DNA of 56,728 nucleotides, counting the filler, from Catajapyx aquilonaris (lineage: Eukaryota): assembly GCA_000934665.2 (NCBI GenBank). It is 4 parts of 4 records of this genome, joined end to end, with 100 filler letters (N's around TTAATTAATTAA, not from the genome) between each part and the next. Parts side by side here need not be neighbours in the genome. Positions count along the whole stretch, not along the records: positions 1 to 14,104 come from JYFJ02007890.1; 3 more parts are not named here. One strand, written 5' to 3'. The position numbers and the translations under genes are program-made. Of this stretch, positions 1 through 12,149 are shown piece after piece. Within the stretch, counting starts at the first letter, position 1. Every line of letters starts with the position of its first letter. The notes below the pieces were generated by a model. The model was not told where the DNA came from and did not search any database. It was given only the letters and a program-made list of their open reading frames with translations.

Positions 1-534
1 CTGGTTAGTACCTGTAGTAACAGTTATGGGGTTGCTGCTACTCAACAGGAGCGTTGTCATGGTATAGTGTTGACAATTTAGTACAGTACTGTAAAAACTC
101 ATCACCACCACAAATCAATGAAAGCTGACATGAAACTCACCACCACCTTTATTGCACCCAACACAAAACTGTAATCAAAGGAGCTGCTAAAAGTGTCCTC
201 CAGACACTTGCACACAGAGCCTACAACAACGCACAAGAGATTCCCGAGTTGATTGGAACAACACTGAATTGTTTATTTTCCAGACTTTTACTTGTTGTGT
301 TGTACCAGACAATTACTTGTCAACACTACCATGACAACGCTACCATAGAGTAGCAGCAAACCACATAACTGTTACCGTACCACAGGTACTAACAAGTTAT
401 CAATTTCAGTAAATTTGATGATTTTTTAGAGGGTGGGTGATTTTTTTAGAGGGTGGGTTCATTGGTCAAAAATGTTCGTTTTGGGGTCCCCTACCCACCT
501 TTAAAATTTATGCATGGGGTCTTGTTACACCCTG
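1..534. mobile_element. Right part of a Tc1/mariner-type non-autonomous element
   Basis: Imperfect inverted repeat 1-76 vs 317-396; ends CACCCTG|TA at 528-536, a terminus (TA|CAGGGTG) that recurs in several elements in this window. Confidence 0.45.
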
Positions 535-540
535 TATACA

Positions 541-1004
541 AGAACATGGGGTTCCTAATGTCTCTTAAGGTTCACTACTTGCACTTCCATTTGGATTTTA
601 TTATCCGGACAAATTGGGTGCTGTGAGTGAAGAACATGGTCAGCCCTTTCACCAAGACATTATGGACATGTAGAAGAGGTACCAGCAGGGAAGGTGATGG
701 GATGGAGCCATGATAGGAGACTGCAGTGGCTCAAAAATTCATTTTTGAGAGAAATGAGTTTTTGAGGGAGTGTTCTCATATCATTTCAATTCAATATTGA
801 CTATACAGTGGAAAACGTCTAAAAAAAATTGCCATAATAAATATTGTTATGTAGAATAAATACAAAACATAGTGTCGTCATTTCTAAGCAAACGGTTGAC
901 GATAGAGCAAAAGCAATTTCATATTCAGAATCAGCGCCTACAATCACATAAGAAAACAAAAAAATCGACTCAAACAAAAAAAAGTTTTATATTGTTACAC
1001 AGTG
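541..1004 (+). mobile_element. Chapaev3-like (CMC) transposon relic: transposase C-terminus plus right end
   Basis: 541-720 translates with a frameshift and stops as MGFLMSLKVHYLHFHLDF..PDKLGAVSEEHGQPFHQDIMDM*KRYQ, matching the MSLKxHFLHSHLDFFPxNLGAVSDEHGERFHQDI motif I associate with Chapaev3 transposases; terminus TTGTTACACAGTG|TTA at 992-1007. Confidence 0.6.
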
Positions 1005-1790
1005 TTATACATAGAATGCTGGTATATCCCATGGCAAAATTACTTTGCTTACCTTCATTTGCCTACTGTGAAACGTTTGCTTTTGTTACAGTAATATTGT
1101 TACCTAAAAATATATTACATGCTTCCTCACACTTGAATTATGTTCACATATTATTACAGTATAACTTCAATAACAATTCAAAAATAGCCTGAAAATAGCC
1201 TATGTCGTAATATTGTGACAAAATAAGTATCGATCTTGGTAGGCGGTTAAATGACACTCATTTCTACACCTTCGTTACTCTATAATTATTATTTTCTATA
1301 CTGTAGTTTCCTTCAACGTATGGCAATACATTATTATCAGATATATACCGGTAACTACACTAGCTGTCTGTAGGGTATATTACAAGTGCTGATGAATATT
1401 CGCCCTATTGAATTCAGCTCTATAAGCTTGACAGTAATATTTTCAAGTTTTATGCTGGAAGGGTGGAAAAACAGGCACTTAAAATTTCCGTATTACTATT
1501 TGTCTCAGGTCCACATTATGTAGATTTTACTATACGGTAGCAATGGTAGCTCTGATGGTAGGGGAAAGAACTACTCCACACAATTTTCAGTACAGTTGTT
1601 ATGTGTGCATTGTTAACAACACCCTTCTTGCACCATGTGTACGGTAGACGCACTGCGTAGGGAACTTTATTTTTTGTCGCGACAATTTGTCGTTAATCCG
1701 GAAAATTACGAACTATAGGTGCCCTGCGCGAAGGTTTGGCATCTACAATGATGCAATACTGGACAAGATTGTCTTGAAATTGTGTCCCAA

Positions 1791-2275
1791 TGGCTGCAGT
1801 GACTAACACGACTTATCAGGACAGGAAAGTGAAACAGGTTTAATGTCTTGTGACAGCAGGGGGTTGGTAACATCCCACAACAAGCCGATTCAGTTGACCC
1901 GGAGGAGATGGACGGAAGAGCACCCGAACCAGCTCTCCATTCTCCTAATAGATGGTGAGGAAAGGAGAAAATTGATGAGAAGGCAGCGGAGACTTACACC
2001 TCAGTGACCACATTCCGACCAAGATGACCAGAGAAAGAAGACGTCCCGAAATCTGAATTTTCAGATGTCCCCGTCAAGTCATTAGAGCGTTCGATGTCAT
2101 GCTTGACCAGAAAGGGTAATAAATGTGTCTCCGATGGAAATAAACCCCTATAGTTTCCTTGAATTTTTAGTTTCCTCATCAAGAGGAATTATTGTTTTGG
2201 TGATGGCATTGAGTTACAATGAAGTTGTAATGGGTTGCTCCCATATCATTGCATATCAAGTTGTCTCCAAATTTT
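1791..2275 (+). repeat. Diverged direct duplicate of 9750-10258 (putative terminal exon and 3' UTR)
   Basis: Colinear similarity from GACTAAC..TATCAG|GAC through GAAAATTGATGA, AATAAA and CATATCATTGCATATCAAGTTGTCTC in both copies. Confidence 0.8.
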
Positions 2276-2734
2276 TGTTTCCCTTACCATCGACAACATA
2301 ACTTGTAAGTGCAACTAAGCCACATTGCTTTCCGGTTTTCCCTCTAGTACAGTAGCCTATATTTTTAAACATTTTGGATTCGTGCCTTGAAATGGACGAG
2401 ATTTTAAAAGAGTTTTGCAATGGATAGGGCGACAACTGCTGCTGGACATTAGGAAATTCGGGTCAAACCACTGTCTACCTTGCCCATACGTACAGTAAAA
2501 GCCACCTAAATGTGTGGATCAGTTATTTGTCTTCTTGTATATGTGCAGTTTCAAAAACAATACTTATTTATTGCTATAAGTCACGTCGGGTGCAGTGACC
2601 TTCACTCACATCAAAGCTTTTAAGCCATATCTTTGACGATGTTATTAATCTTATGACCAAAGAGAAAAATATCTGGAGCACTGGTCAGCCACTCGCAGAC
2701 AATTCCAGGCGTAACAATGGAATGCCTTGTCCGT

Positions 2735-3260
2735 TGTCTGAGATGGGTAGGGGTGGCAGGTGGGAAGGGTAGTGTATAGTTTTATTTTGACAAGTTTTAA
2801 TTTAGTTCATATGGAGGGAGGCACGGTGGCCGAGATGGTAACATCTCGGCTTGCTATGCGAAAGGTCCCGGGTTCAAATCCCCACCCGGGAACAAACCTT
2901 TCCCTTGCGTCAATGGGTCGTGACCCGCGCCTAAGGAGGCGTCTTGGCAACCTGACCTCCTGGGGGACTGCACCTGGCCCACTGCCGGACAATGCACCTG
3001 CACATGTCACATGTGTCCCCTCCCCAAATCCCCAACCCTTACCCTATTTGTTAGTAATCCTTGCACCGGTGATTGAAGTAAAAACAATTAGAAAACTGTA
3101 TGGTGGTCTGCCACCCCCCTATAACAGCATAAAGTTGTATCACGGGGCAAATAAAATGAGAAATAAAAATAAATAAAAAATGTACTTCATATGTGGGGTT
3201 AACTTGCATCTCCTTTCATCGCTGACTACCCCTTATAGGGAAATGTGTTGTTGTAATTTG
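2735..3260 (+). mobile_element. 3' end of a (TTG)n-tailed retroelement, interrupted by a SINE
   Basis: 2735-2810 joined to 3190-3260 matches the reverse complement of the uninterrupted 23292-23460. Confidence 0.7.
2814..3185 (+). mobile_element. tRNA-derived SINE, family A, full length
   Basis: A box TGGCCGAGATGG, B box GGTTCAAATCC, A-rich tail, TSD TTCATATG (2806-2813 and 3186-3193); paralogs at 32675-33016 and 37837-37975. Confidence 0.85.
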
Positions 3261-3724
3261 TCCCTGCCCATGTGCACCGCTGAATGGCAGTATTTCTGTA
3301 TATAGAAGGGGTGACCTCGCTCACAGACCTCTCTGCTTGGCTGTATCCTCAGAGCAATAGATGTGTTGTTGGCCCCAGTCAGGAGTGTCACTTACTGAAC
3401 CCAGTACCGGAACACTTGAGCTAGCCCGCCTATATAGTTGTACCTACGAAGTACGGAACATGACAATATGCAGACTCGCATTCAAAAATTCTTGGATGCT
3501 GGAGGGAACCATTTTCAGCATATGCTTTAGGCAGACCTTTGGCATTATACAAGGTAAGTACATGTCAATTTTCATTGAGAACCATACAATAATTTTGTAT
3601 TTTATTTTATTTTATTTATTTTACCCCATGACATCTATACGACACTCACAAGATAAAAGCAAAAATTTAAATAATAGAGTGGCAATAACAATCTGACAGT
3701 TAAATATTAATTTACAGCATATAC

Positions 3725-3936
3725 CTTCCCGTCCTTTGACTCCCCCTTTGCCTCTCCTTTGGTGTCCTTCTCATCTTCATGTGCTCTCAGCACATTTTCA
3801 ACTTCATACTCCTTAAGCACAGCATCCAGTTTGAATCTGCGCCTGTAGTTCAAGAAAAAGTACTGGAGGTGGTCTTCCGTCTTGGTGCCTATCACCTCTG
3901 CAATAGCCTTGAAGTCCTTCCCATACCAGCGTACAC
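3725..3936 (-). CDS. CoRest: Exon encoding the second SANT domain of a REST corepressor (CoREST/RCOR)-like protein; neighbouring exons not found
   Basis: [45 protein letters not shown] matches CoREST SANT2; acceptor TTCTTGCAG| at 3937 with branch-like CTAAT upstream; possible donor |GTATAT at 3724. Confidence 0.75.
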
Positions 3937-4779
3937 CTGCAAGAATCATCTTGACATTAGTGGTTTGAATGGCTCGAAAACTGGGTAATTGCTGTGCTCT
4001 GTATTTAAAAACCTTCCCTGAACATCGTTGACTTTCTCAAGTTTCATATGACGTCACCATTGTAATCATTACCAAGCAAGTCACATTAACAATGGCAATA
4101 ATGCTGCATTTTGGAACATCCAACTATTGCAGTACTGCTACAGTGCGTTAAAACATCATGATCTAGTACTTGGACTATAATATGTACTGTAAATTGATAA
4201 AGTAGGGAAAACATCCCATCACAATCTATTAACCCGTGTCATCTGCTGTTACCAGTACTTGTGGCAGTTGGGCACAAAATTTAGCCTACTTAAAATATAT
4301 CTTCTTTCCACTCCGTCTCCCCGAGTAAAAACAGTTTGGTACATATGCAAGTGCAAATCGTATAGTGGTTATGTGGTGTCAATATAATCGGCGATAACTT
4401 TGTATTGATTCGGTCTGCAAAGAAATGATGTGAATCGAATATGTGTAGGTACTGTACGTCCAATCTTTCATTTTGTATGCATTGTAAATTCATATTAATG
4501 CAGCCATTTACGAGATAAATCGAAAAATGGCGGCGGATTCCTGAACTCCAATTTCGTTTAATTTAGGATATGTTGTTCTACACATTTTTCTGAACAAGAT
4601 GGTGAAAAATATTCATTTATATTGCAATTTTTTTTTACCCCAAACCATATCTTTTCTGGAAAAGGACAACAGAGCCACTACTATCTTAGCTGTCCACGCC
4701 GAAAGGACCCCCAAGGAGATAGTGGGGATCCTGAAGACTCCCAAAAGAGCCTGATTTACCGGATAAAAATAGCGATGAT

Positions 4780-5303
4780 GCTGCTGAGAACCAGGAATAG
4801 TTCTTTTCTTATGCAAAATGCATGCCCATCGCTGTCACCAAGAGAGGCAAGGATCATCTCCAAGATGGTGAAAGAGGACTTATTCTTGAGGACTGGCCCT
4901 CTCTTGACGAATGCCACGCAGACGATACCTAAGGTACCACTGGGGGTTGGACTTATGTCCTCACAGCTTCCCAAACTGTCACCCCTTGACTACTACATGT
5001 GGCATGGTTGAGAGAGGGGTTGACAATGTCCATAACAATACCTAGTAGTGAGTCAAGATAGCCGTTGCCGAGGTGATGGGGCACATGAAAAAGGATATCC
5101 TCGCCAAGCCTTGTAAATTCTTCAGGTCTCTTCTAGAGGCTGTTGTGCCCACCAACGGTGGACACATTGAATAATGTAAACTGTATAGATACACTACTTA
5201 TGTTTGACATAATTCATTTCATTGTAGGTTAATCATCTATTCCTCTTTTTAGCGACGTTTCTATGTACTTGTTTGTTTGTCCTAATTTATCGCCGCCACC
5301 CTG
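4780..5303 (+). mobile_element. Degenerate Tc1/mariner (maT-like) transposase with right terminus
   Basis: Fragments SKMVKEDLFL, PKLSPLDYYMWH (SPDLNPLDY motif) and CKFFRSLLEAVVPTNGGHIE*; terminus CACCCTG|TA at 5297-5305. Confidence 0.75.
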
Positions 5304-6318
5304 TACAGATTCTACAGTACGTCCCAGCTTAAGATATTGAGTGACCCATATGGCACTGCCGGACCCTATTTTCAAAGTCCACAACCCGTCTGCATCCAGA
5401 AAATAGATTGTAATGCATCAATATTGCAATGCTACTTATTTTGCTCACATGTTAAGCAACAAATATACAAGGGTGTTCCAATTGAAATAATGCATTCCAT
5501 TATATGAAAAAGTAGGAAAGGAATAATTGGCTCTGAACACTAAGAAACTTTTTTTCTTCAAGTCAGACCCCCTTTAGCAGCCTCCTGGAACTTTTCTAAC
5601 ATGCCTACTATCCCATGATTATATGACTCGCTCATTGAGATTGAAAAATTTCTGAATCTCAGTAGAAATGTGGCAGAAATAACGGTTGCAATGAAACTCC
5701 TGCTTAATGGCAGCATACGATCACCCCCCTTTCTACATGCAAATTTCCTCCAGTTTGCGAATATATCTCGAACCCACCACAACTTCCGGGATCCAAACTG
5801 CCTCGCACAACTGTGACGACGATGGTGGCGGACGAACAGCAGTGGTAAAGGCCAGAACCGACGCAACAAGCAGCGAGACATCTCACAAGCATGGTTCTCC
5901 AGCAGCAGCCATCTTCCTTTCGAAACAGCTTGGCTACGAACGGCCCAAAAAATAGCCTGCACGGCTAGGGAGCTAGTATAATAATAACAACTAATTATTA
6001 TATTAGCTTCAAAATAAAACCGCGAAAACTTAGCAGTCTTCTCCTGTCCCGAATGTACGAACATTGGCTGCGTGAAGGGCAGGGCTGGAAATTTGTGTAA
6101 CGGATATTAAATGCTCAGTAAAGTGATTGTTTAAAAGAGCAAGTAACAATGTTTTTCAGATATATGTTTTGTTTGGGAACAGGATAATCATGTCATGGAT
6201 ATTTACTATATACTTGCTTTTGACCAGATCATATTATGCTGCACATTTTGACACTACATACAGGGTACGGAAATTTAAATCGACGAAACATTGGGCGATG
6301 GTAGAAGCTAGGATTCTA

Positions 6319-6471
6319 CAGTGCGGAAAACGAAACTGCGATCTGACGTCATAAAAGGTTTTCATGGAAATACCCTCACACAACAGTATGAGCGTATGAA
6401 TAAACAATGTCACAGAAAAAGAAGAATGTAAGAAACGATGACGTCAGATCTCCGTTTCGTTTTCCGCACTG
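6319..6471. mobile_element. Small TA-flanked MITE (CAGTGCGGAAAACG ends)
   Basis: TIRs CAGTGCGGAAAACGAAAC..GATCTGACGTCAT, TA on both sides; two further copies at 51274-51562. Confidence 0.85.
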
Positions 6472-6726
6472 TAAGTGATGATTTTAAGTATAGGTGTAGC
6501 TGGTCTTATTAGCCTAGTAGTAACTCGGATGACAATTTATGAAGAATGCTTTTACCGGCTTCAATGTCTAGGACACTTCAATCGCCTGTGCCAAAAATTG
6601 ATGGAAGTCCAGGAGGGATCTTCTTATTCGCGAGGGTTTTCTGGTAGTCATCTGGTCGTACAGTTACAGTTCCACTCGTGGTCCCCACCTTTCAAAACGG
6701 TCTTTATTCTCTCTATAAGGTTGATG

Positions 6727-6960
6727 CAGTGCCGGATCCAGAAATTTTTTATGGGGGCGGGGGGGGGGCACAAGGGTATAGGTAGGGGGGAGGTTATAAA
6801 GACCTGTGCAGACAGGCGTCTTTGGGCCCCCACGACCCCAAAACGGAAAAGAACCCATAGACCAGTGCAATTTTTCACTGTTCTAGAGGGTTTTTGCGAG
6901 TTCCCCCGCCCATTTTTTTTCTTTTTCCCCGGTTTTTCCAGCGGGNTAAATCCGCCACTG
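6727..6960. mobile_element. hAT-type MITE
   Basis: Ends CAGTGCCGGAT / ATCCGCCACTG with a perfect 8-bp TSD GGTTGATG (6719-6726 and 6961-6968). Confidence 0.85.
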
Positions 6961-7030
6961 GGTTGATGCCTCCTACGACAAAGGACCACACAGGCGTTTC
7001 TTTTCAAATTCAAATTTAATACAAAATAAT

Positions 7031-8213
7031 GAAGACCTCAGGGGAAGAACGATCAGTGTCCCCTTTTTGTCAAAAATGAGATACATACCGTATCTCAGAA
7101 GATAATTTCACTGGTGTAGAATATGATGGTTAGGTCGTGGTTGTGGAGTAATAATCATAGGTCACATTGGAAAGCCCAGAAAGTGGGATTTACAATGGAA
7201 CCGTGCAGAGGTTAGACAAAATAACGGGGGCCCCTTCAAAAAGCGAGTGAATTTTCTCCCCCATTGTACTCGAAAACTGGAAAGGCTACAGAGATGAGCG
7301 ATGACCATTACTGATTTTTGAAGCTCTGTCGATGTGCATTTACAGATATGAAGATGACACAAAAATCACAAGAGGAGGGGGAGAAACAAACACCCCCCNC
7401 CCCCCCCCAGACGCCATTTTTGACCAAAGTGTGCCACCCGTTTTATTTGAAAACAGTTACAGATATGAACTTTGCTGGGTTTTGAAGCTCTAACGATGTC
7501 ACTTGCGTGGAATAGAGATGGACTAAAATTACCGACAGGGGGCGGGAGGAAAAATAGAAACGGCACCCCCCTTCCCCGGCACTGCTTGAATGAAAACAAC
7601 GGATAATATTTGTCCCACTGCTAGTTAATGTTAACTTAGCAGTACCAATGCCAAATATGGTACTGGTAAGTTAGTTGTAACTAGCTGTGGGACGAAAATT
7701 CGACCCAAACTTACTATACATTATTTTGTCCAACCTCTTCTCAGATTTAATGCCGGGGAAGGGGGGGGGGGGTGCCGTTTCTATTTTTCCTCCCGCCTCT
7801 TGTCGATAATTTTGGCCCATCTCTATTCCACACAAGTTACATAGGTAGAGCTTCAAAACCCAGTAAAGTTCATATCTGTAACTGTTTTCGTTTTCAAATG
7901 AAAAGTGCGGCACACTTTGGTCAAAAATGGGTCTTGGGGGGTATCGTTCGTCTTTTGTTTCTCCCCCTACTCTTGTGATTTTTCTGTCATCTTCATGTCT
8001 GTAAATGTACATCGACAGAGCTTCAAAAATTAGTAAAGGTCATCTCTGTAACCTTTCCAGTTTCCGAGTAAAATGGAGGAGAAAATTCATCCGCTTTTTG
8101 CAGGGGGCCCCGCTATTTTGTCTAACCCCTGTATGGTACTTCGAAATTTAAAATAGGAATATATCTCAGTTTCACCTGAGGTGGACCTTGATCGTTCTTC
8201 CCCCAAGGTCTTC
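7031..8213. mobile_element. Foldback/MITE, about 1.2 kb palindrome
   Basis: Ends GAAGACCT..GGGGAAGAACGATCA / TGATCGTTCTTCCCC..AGGTCTTC; inner arms about 7200-7600 and 7740-8135 are inverted copies; no clear TSD. Confidence 0.75.
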
Positions 8214-9314
8214 CATTTATGTTAATGACACTGTCGTCGTCAGAGTCGCTCACTTCCAGTGTAGGCTAGAAGGGTCAGTTCCACGGTCAGTTCCACGTGG
8301 TTTTTTTCAACTTGGGTTTTCACCACTAATTCAGCACCTATAAGCAGGTTATTTCTTCATGACTGAATGTTCGTAAAGTCATTCAAGTGTTTCAGACTGT
8401 CAATAAAAGCTTATACTTATTATTGTGTTGGACTTTTCATTTCTGAGGCTGAATGCTGGTTACATATCATCAGTATATACGTATATACTGTCATACTGAT
8501 GATATGTAACCAACATTGTGAATCTTTAGTGCTAAATGGACTTAACCAGCAGGGAAAATGCCACTTAGTGGCGTAAATAACTCAAAATCGCCATTTGGAA
8601 AGTGGGAGGAAATAAAACATGATAAGAAAACCCACAATAATATGGAGAGTAATACAGCAGGTTCTCTCTATATTCGTGAAACTATTCCCAAATGATAAAA
8701 TTCTCTGCCCGATTATCTAGGGATTGAACTCGTAGCATCAGATATAGAAGAGTAAATTAATATCAAAAGCAAGATTGTAATGATCACATCACATTAGCTT
8801 AAAAATAATATGTAATAATTAAATAGAAGTACCTGTACGAATATATTAGTATCCATGACTTTCTTTTCCCATCTAATAGGTCGAATAATATATTTATTAT
8901 TGGAAAAGCGGCATGGGGTGAGATTGGAAACATCATAATCCTTGTCCTTGCATGGTGTTCAAGACTGTTCTGATGACGCTGGTGATGGAGGTTGTGTAAT
9001 GTGTAGGATCATGCTGATGTGCAAGAACCTGGAAAGTATTTAAAGGCTGTGCCCCGGTCTCCCCATACATGTATTGTTCTTATTTTTATTTATCGTGGAG
9101 TTTTACAATATTATGCACAGCCATGTATCATGTTATAAACTATATAAAGTATAAACTGAATACTTGTGAAGGGTTCTTGAGGATCTTTTCAATATTATTG
9201 GCACATCCAGTATTTAGGTGGCCCATACATAATAATATGCATCATCATTTAGGCGTAATAAATTCCATATCTGCAAACGAGATACGATGCTTGACCTGCA
9301 TAACTCATGGTCAG

Positions 9315-9978
9315 GTAGCCTGGTGGGACGATGAATGTTTCGTTATTTACATCGCATTCAGTTCGAAGAAGGAAGACTAGAGAACAATGCTTCTTGGAAT
9401 GAAGAAATGCGTCTCTCCCAGCCAATGAAACAAGGCCTTGTACGTGACACTCCGCGCACACTTCTCTGCTGGATTCGGGCCCCGGTGGATTCAGACCAGC
9501 AACGTCAGTCGGTTCCACACGTGCTGTGCCGTATCTGAAGCTATCATGAGCTTCTCCTTGCAACTGCTAGCCTCTGCTGTCTTCTGCGGCGTCGTACTTT
9601 TTAGATATGGGGCGCTAATAGAGCACCACATTCCCCACGATTACCTGGAGCACGAGAAGGAAATGGGAGTATATTTCATCTACTTGGGTGGAACTTTGTT
9701 CCTCGTGGCATCTGTCATCTTGGGAGTTTCCCTCTTTGATGTAAGTACCTGGTTGCACCGACTAACGCGACTTTATCAGGACCGGAAAGTGAGACAGGTT
9801 TTATGTCTTGTGACAGCAGTGGGCTGATAACATCCCAGAACCAGCCAATTCAGGTGATCTGGAGGAGATGGATGAGGAAGTGATGGACCCGGAGGAGATG
9901 GACGAGGAAGTGGACCTCAACCAGCTGTCCACTCTTCTGATAGATGGTGAGGACATGGGTGAGGATGGAGAAAATTGA
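9315..9978 (+). pseudogene. Decayed membrane-protein gene of unknown family with acidic tail
   Basis: One frame reads VAWWDDECFVIYIAF..*..*..LQLLASAVFCGVVLFRYG..GVYFIYLGGTLFLVASVILGVSLFD (two in-frame stops, two hydrophobic helices); an acidic tail EEMDEEVMDPEEMDEEVD..GEN* follows in another frame. Confidence 0.4.
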
Positions 9979-10258
9979 TGAGGACATCCCGGGGACCACA
10001 TGCCGACCAAGATGACCAGAGAAAGAAGACGCCCTGAAACATTACATTTTCAGATGTCCCAGTCAAGTCATTAGAGCTTCAATGTCATGCTTGACCAGAA
10101 ACTTAAGGCTAATAAATATGTCCCCGATGGAATAAACTACTGTTGTTTGCTTGAATTTTTAGTTTCCTTATCAACAGGAATTACTGATGGCTTCGAGTTG
10201 CAATGAATTTGCAATGGGTTACTCTCATATCATTGCATATCAAGTTGTCTCAATTTAT
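9750..10258 (+). repeat. Second copy of the segment at 1791-2275
   Basis: Colinear similarity as above, with an extra internal GAGGAGATGGAYGAGGAAGTG repeat. Confidence 0.8.
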
Positions 10259-11490
10259 TTTGCCTTCCTTCCAATATAAGGGTCCTTGGGATGCATCTGA
10301 AGAACCCATCCCAATTCCTGCCGAGAGCAGTAGTTCCAGCTCAAAGTCCAATTTAAAACGACGAGACCTCTCTGTTGCAGTTCCCCCCCTCCTCCCCTCC
10401 CCCTGTCTATACTTAGGTCAGGCTCCAATAATGCATGGCAGATGCCGGTTTAGTCGATTTAAAAAAAGTAGTTTAAGAGGATAATAAACAAATGAGGAGA
10501 AATAATTTCTGTGACATGTTTATAGGGCAAAATAATGATAACTCATCCCACCCACATAAAAAGAATGGAGGCGACCGCCCATATACTTCCGGCGTCCCTG
10601 ATAAAGTTATTTGAGACCTGCACACCTTACTGAAATGTGCAGTTTCTTCAGCGGGAGAATGCCCTGACGTCACTCACTAACAATGATCGAATGACTCGCC
10701 CCGCCGGTTTGCATGGCGACCGATTCCGATGGGGATTGTCGGTGCGGGGTCATTAACTCATACTATTAGGCTATATTGTTAGAGAGAGTGATGGTATGGC
10801 ATTATTTCGATGAACAAACCGTAGATAGATCATATTTCACAAACGGAAGTCAATGACCTCTGGATTATGCAATGAAGGAGGATAGCCTACCCTAGTTACA
10901 GAGAAATGGAATGCACCCAATGCAATAATATGAAGTCAGCAAATTTTAACCCGACATTTAACTACAGGAACAGGAAGGGAATGTGGCACAAATACAAAAA
11001 TTCAGTGTATTGTGTAGGCTTAGGCTACCTATTAGCCCATACGAGTTTCTGGTGAGGCTTTCTGAGTAAATGCGCGAGCACTCATTATCTTCAAAAAAAA
11101 ACAGTAACCTCCCCCACCCTCCCCCCTTCCCCACACCCTCCTCTGCCAGTCCGCCAGTGCCTCCTCGCGAAATCAGCAAAAACGTTACACGCGTCCGTCA
11201 ATTGTCATTCTGGTTGAAGAAGCCGATCTAATAGCTCATCCTGTCCCCGTTGACGCCCAGCTAGGTTTCTTCAGCACGCCGTTCCTGTCGTCGTTATTAT
11301 TCGTAGGTGAGGCAGTGCAGTGTGGGGATGGGCGATGGATGGGTGATGGCCGGGTGAGGGGCGGGTGAGGGGCGGGATTGCATACCGACCAGGGTGGACC
11401 GGGGTCCTTCCATGTATCCGGGGGATTGCTGTAAGATTTCTGTCACTATGCTAAGTCCAGTACAGTGGGATTGAGAGAAAGGGAGACGTT

Positions 11491-11638
11491 TACACACACC
11501 ACACACACACACACACACATACCCACACACACCCAGTCTTACGCCCTATAGGCTGTGGGGCAAGGACAACACACATTTTCGAAGCGAGTGTAAATTGATC
11601 TAACCTAACCTAATCTAACCTACCCTACCTAACCTAGG
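11491..11638. repeat. (CA)n microsatellite followed by a short (AACCT)n / TTAGG-like array
   Basis: (CA)n about 11493-11531; TAACCTAACCTAATCTAACCTACCCTACCTAACCTAGG about 11601-11638; interstitial and probably part of a repeat element. Confidence 0.8.
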
Positions 11639-12149
11639 CTGAGAAAAATGGACTTTTGTAAAACCTTACATAACGGAATTGTGGGGACATGTCCCCACCG
11701 AAGCAGTACCCCACCAGGCGTTTTTGCTGTGGGGACGCGAAATGTCCCCACAATTTGGAGAATGTCCCCAGAGCTACAGTCAAAACACCAACCTTGGTCC
11801 CCAGACCCTGCGAGACAGGGACACCCGCCCCCCCCAAGTGAGGCAGAGGCCAGGGTAAGTTCTTTAACTATGGTTGTGAGGCACTGCATTACCAGCATCA
11901 TGGGTTCATTTACATGCACCCAGGAAGCTGGATCTGGGCCCTTCGCGTGAATGATGACACCCCGAAGACCTGACTGCAACAGGAATGAACTCTGTTTGAC
12001 ATCGAACAAAACAAATACCAACCAAATTTGTCATATTATTTACATTCATTCCAAACGTGTATAATCATATATGCTCATGTTTCCAATGTTTGCCTGGAAG
12101 TGGGCTTCCATGGTACAGTGAAACCTGTGAAGTTGGGCACCCTAATACG

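Noticed and set aside
2814..2890. SINE heads (also near 29040-29115, 32045-32117, 32675-32750) as true tRNA genes
   Set aside because: Stems are imperfect and each continues into a SINE body; two copies have clear TSDs.
5558..6064. 168-aa minus ORF as an upstream CoREST exon
   Set aside because: No ELM2, SANT or coiled-coil similarity in the frames I read.
11601..11638. Telomere
   Set aside because: Only about 7 degenerate interstitial AACCT units.
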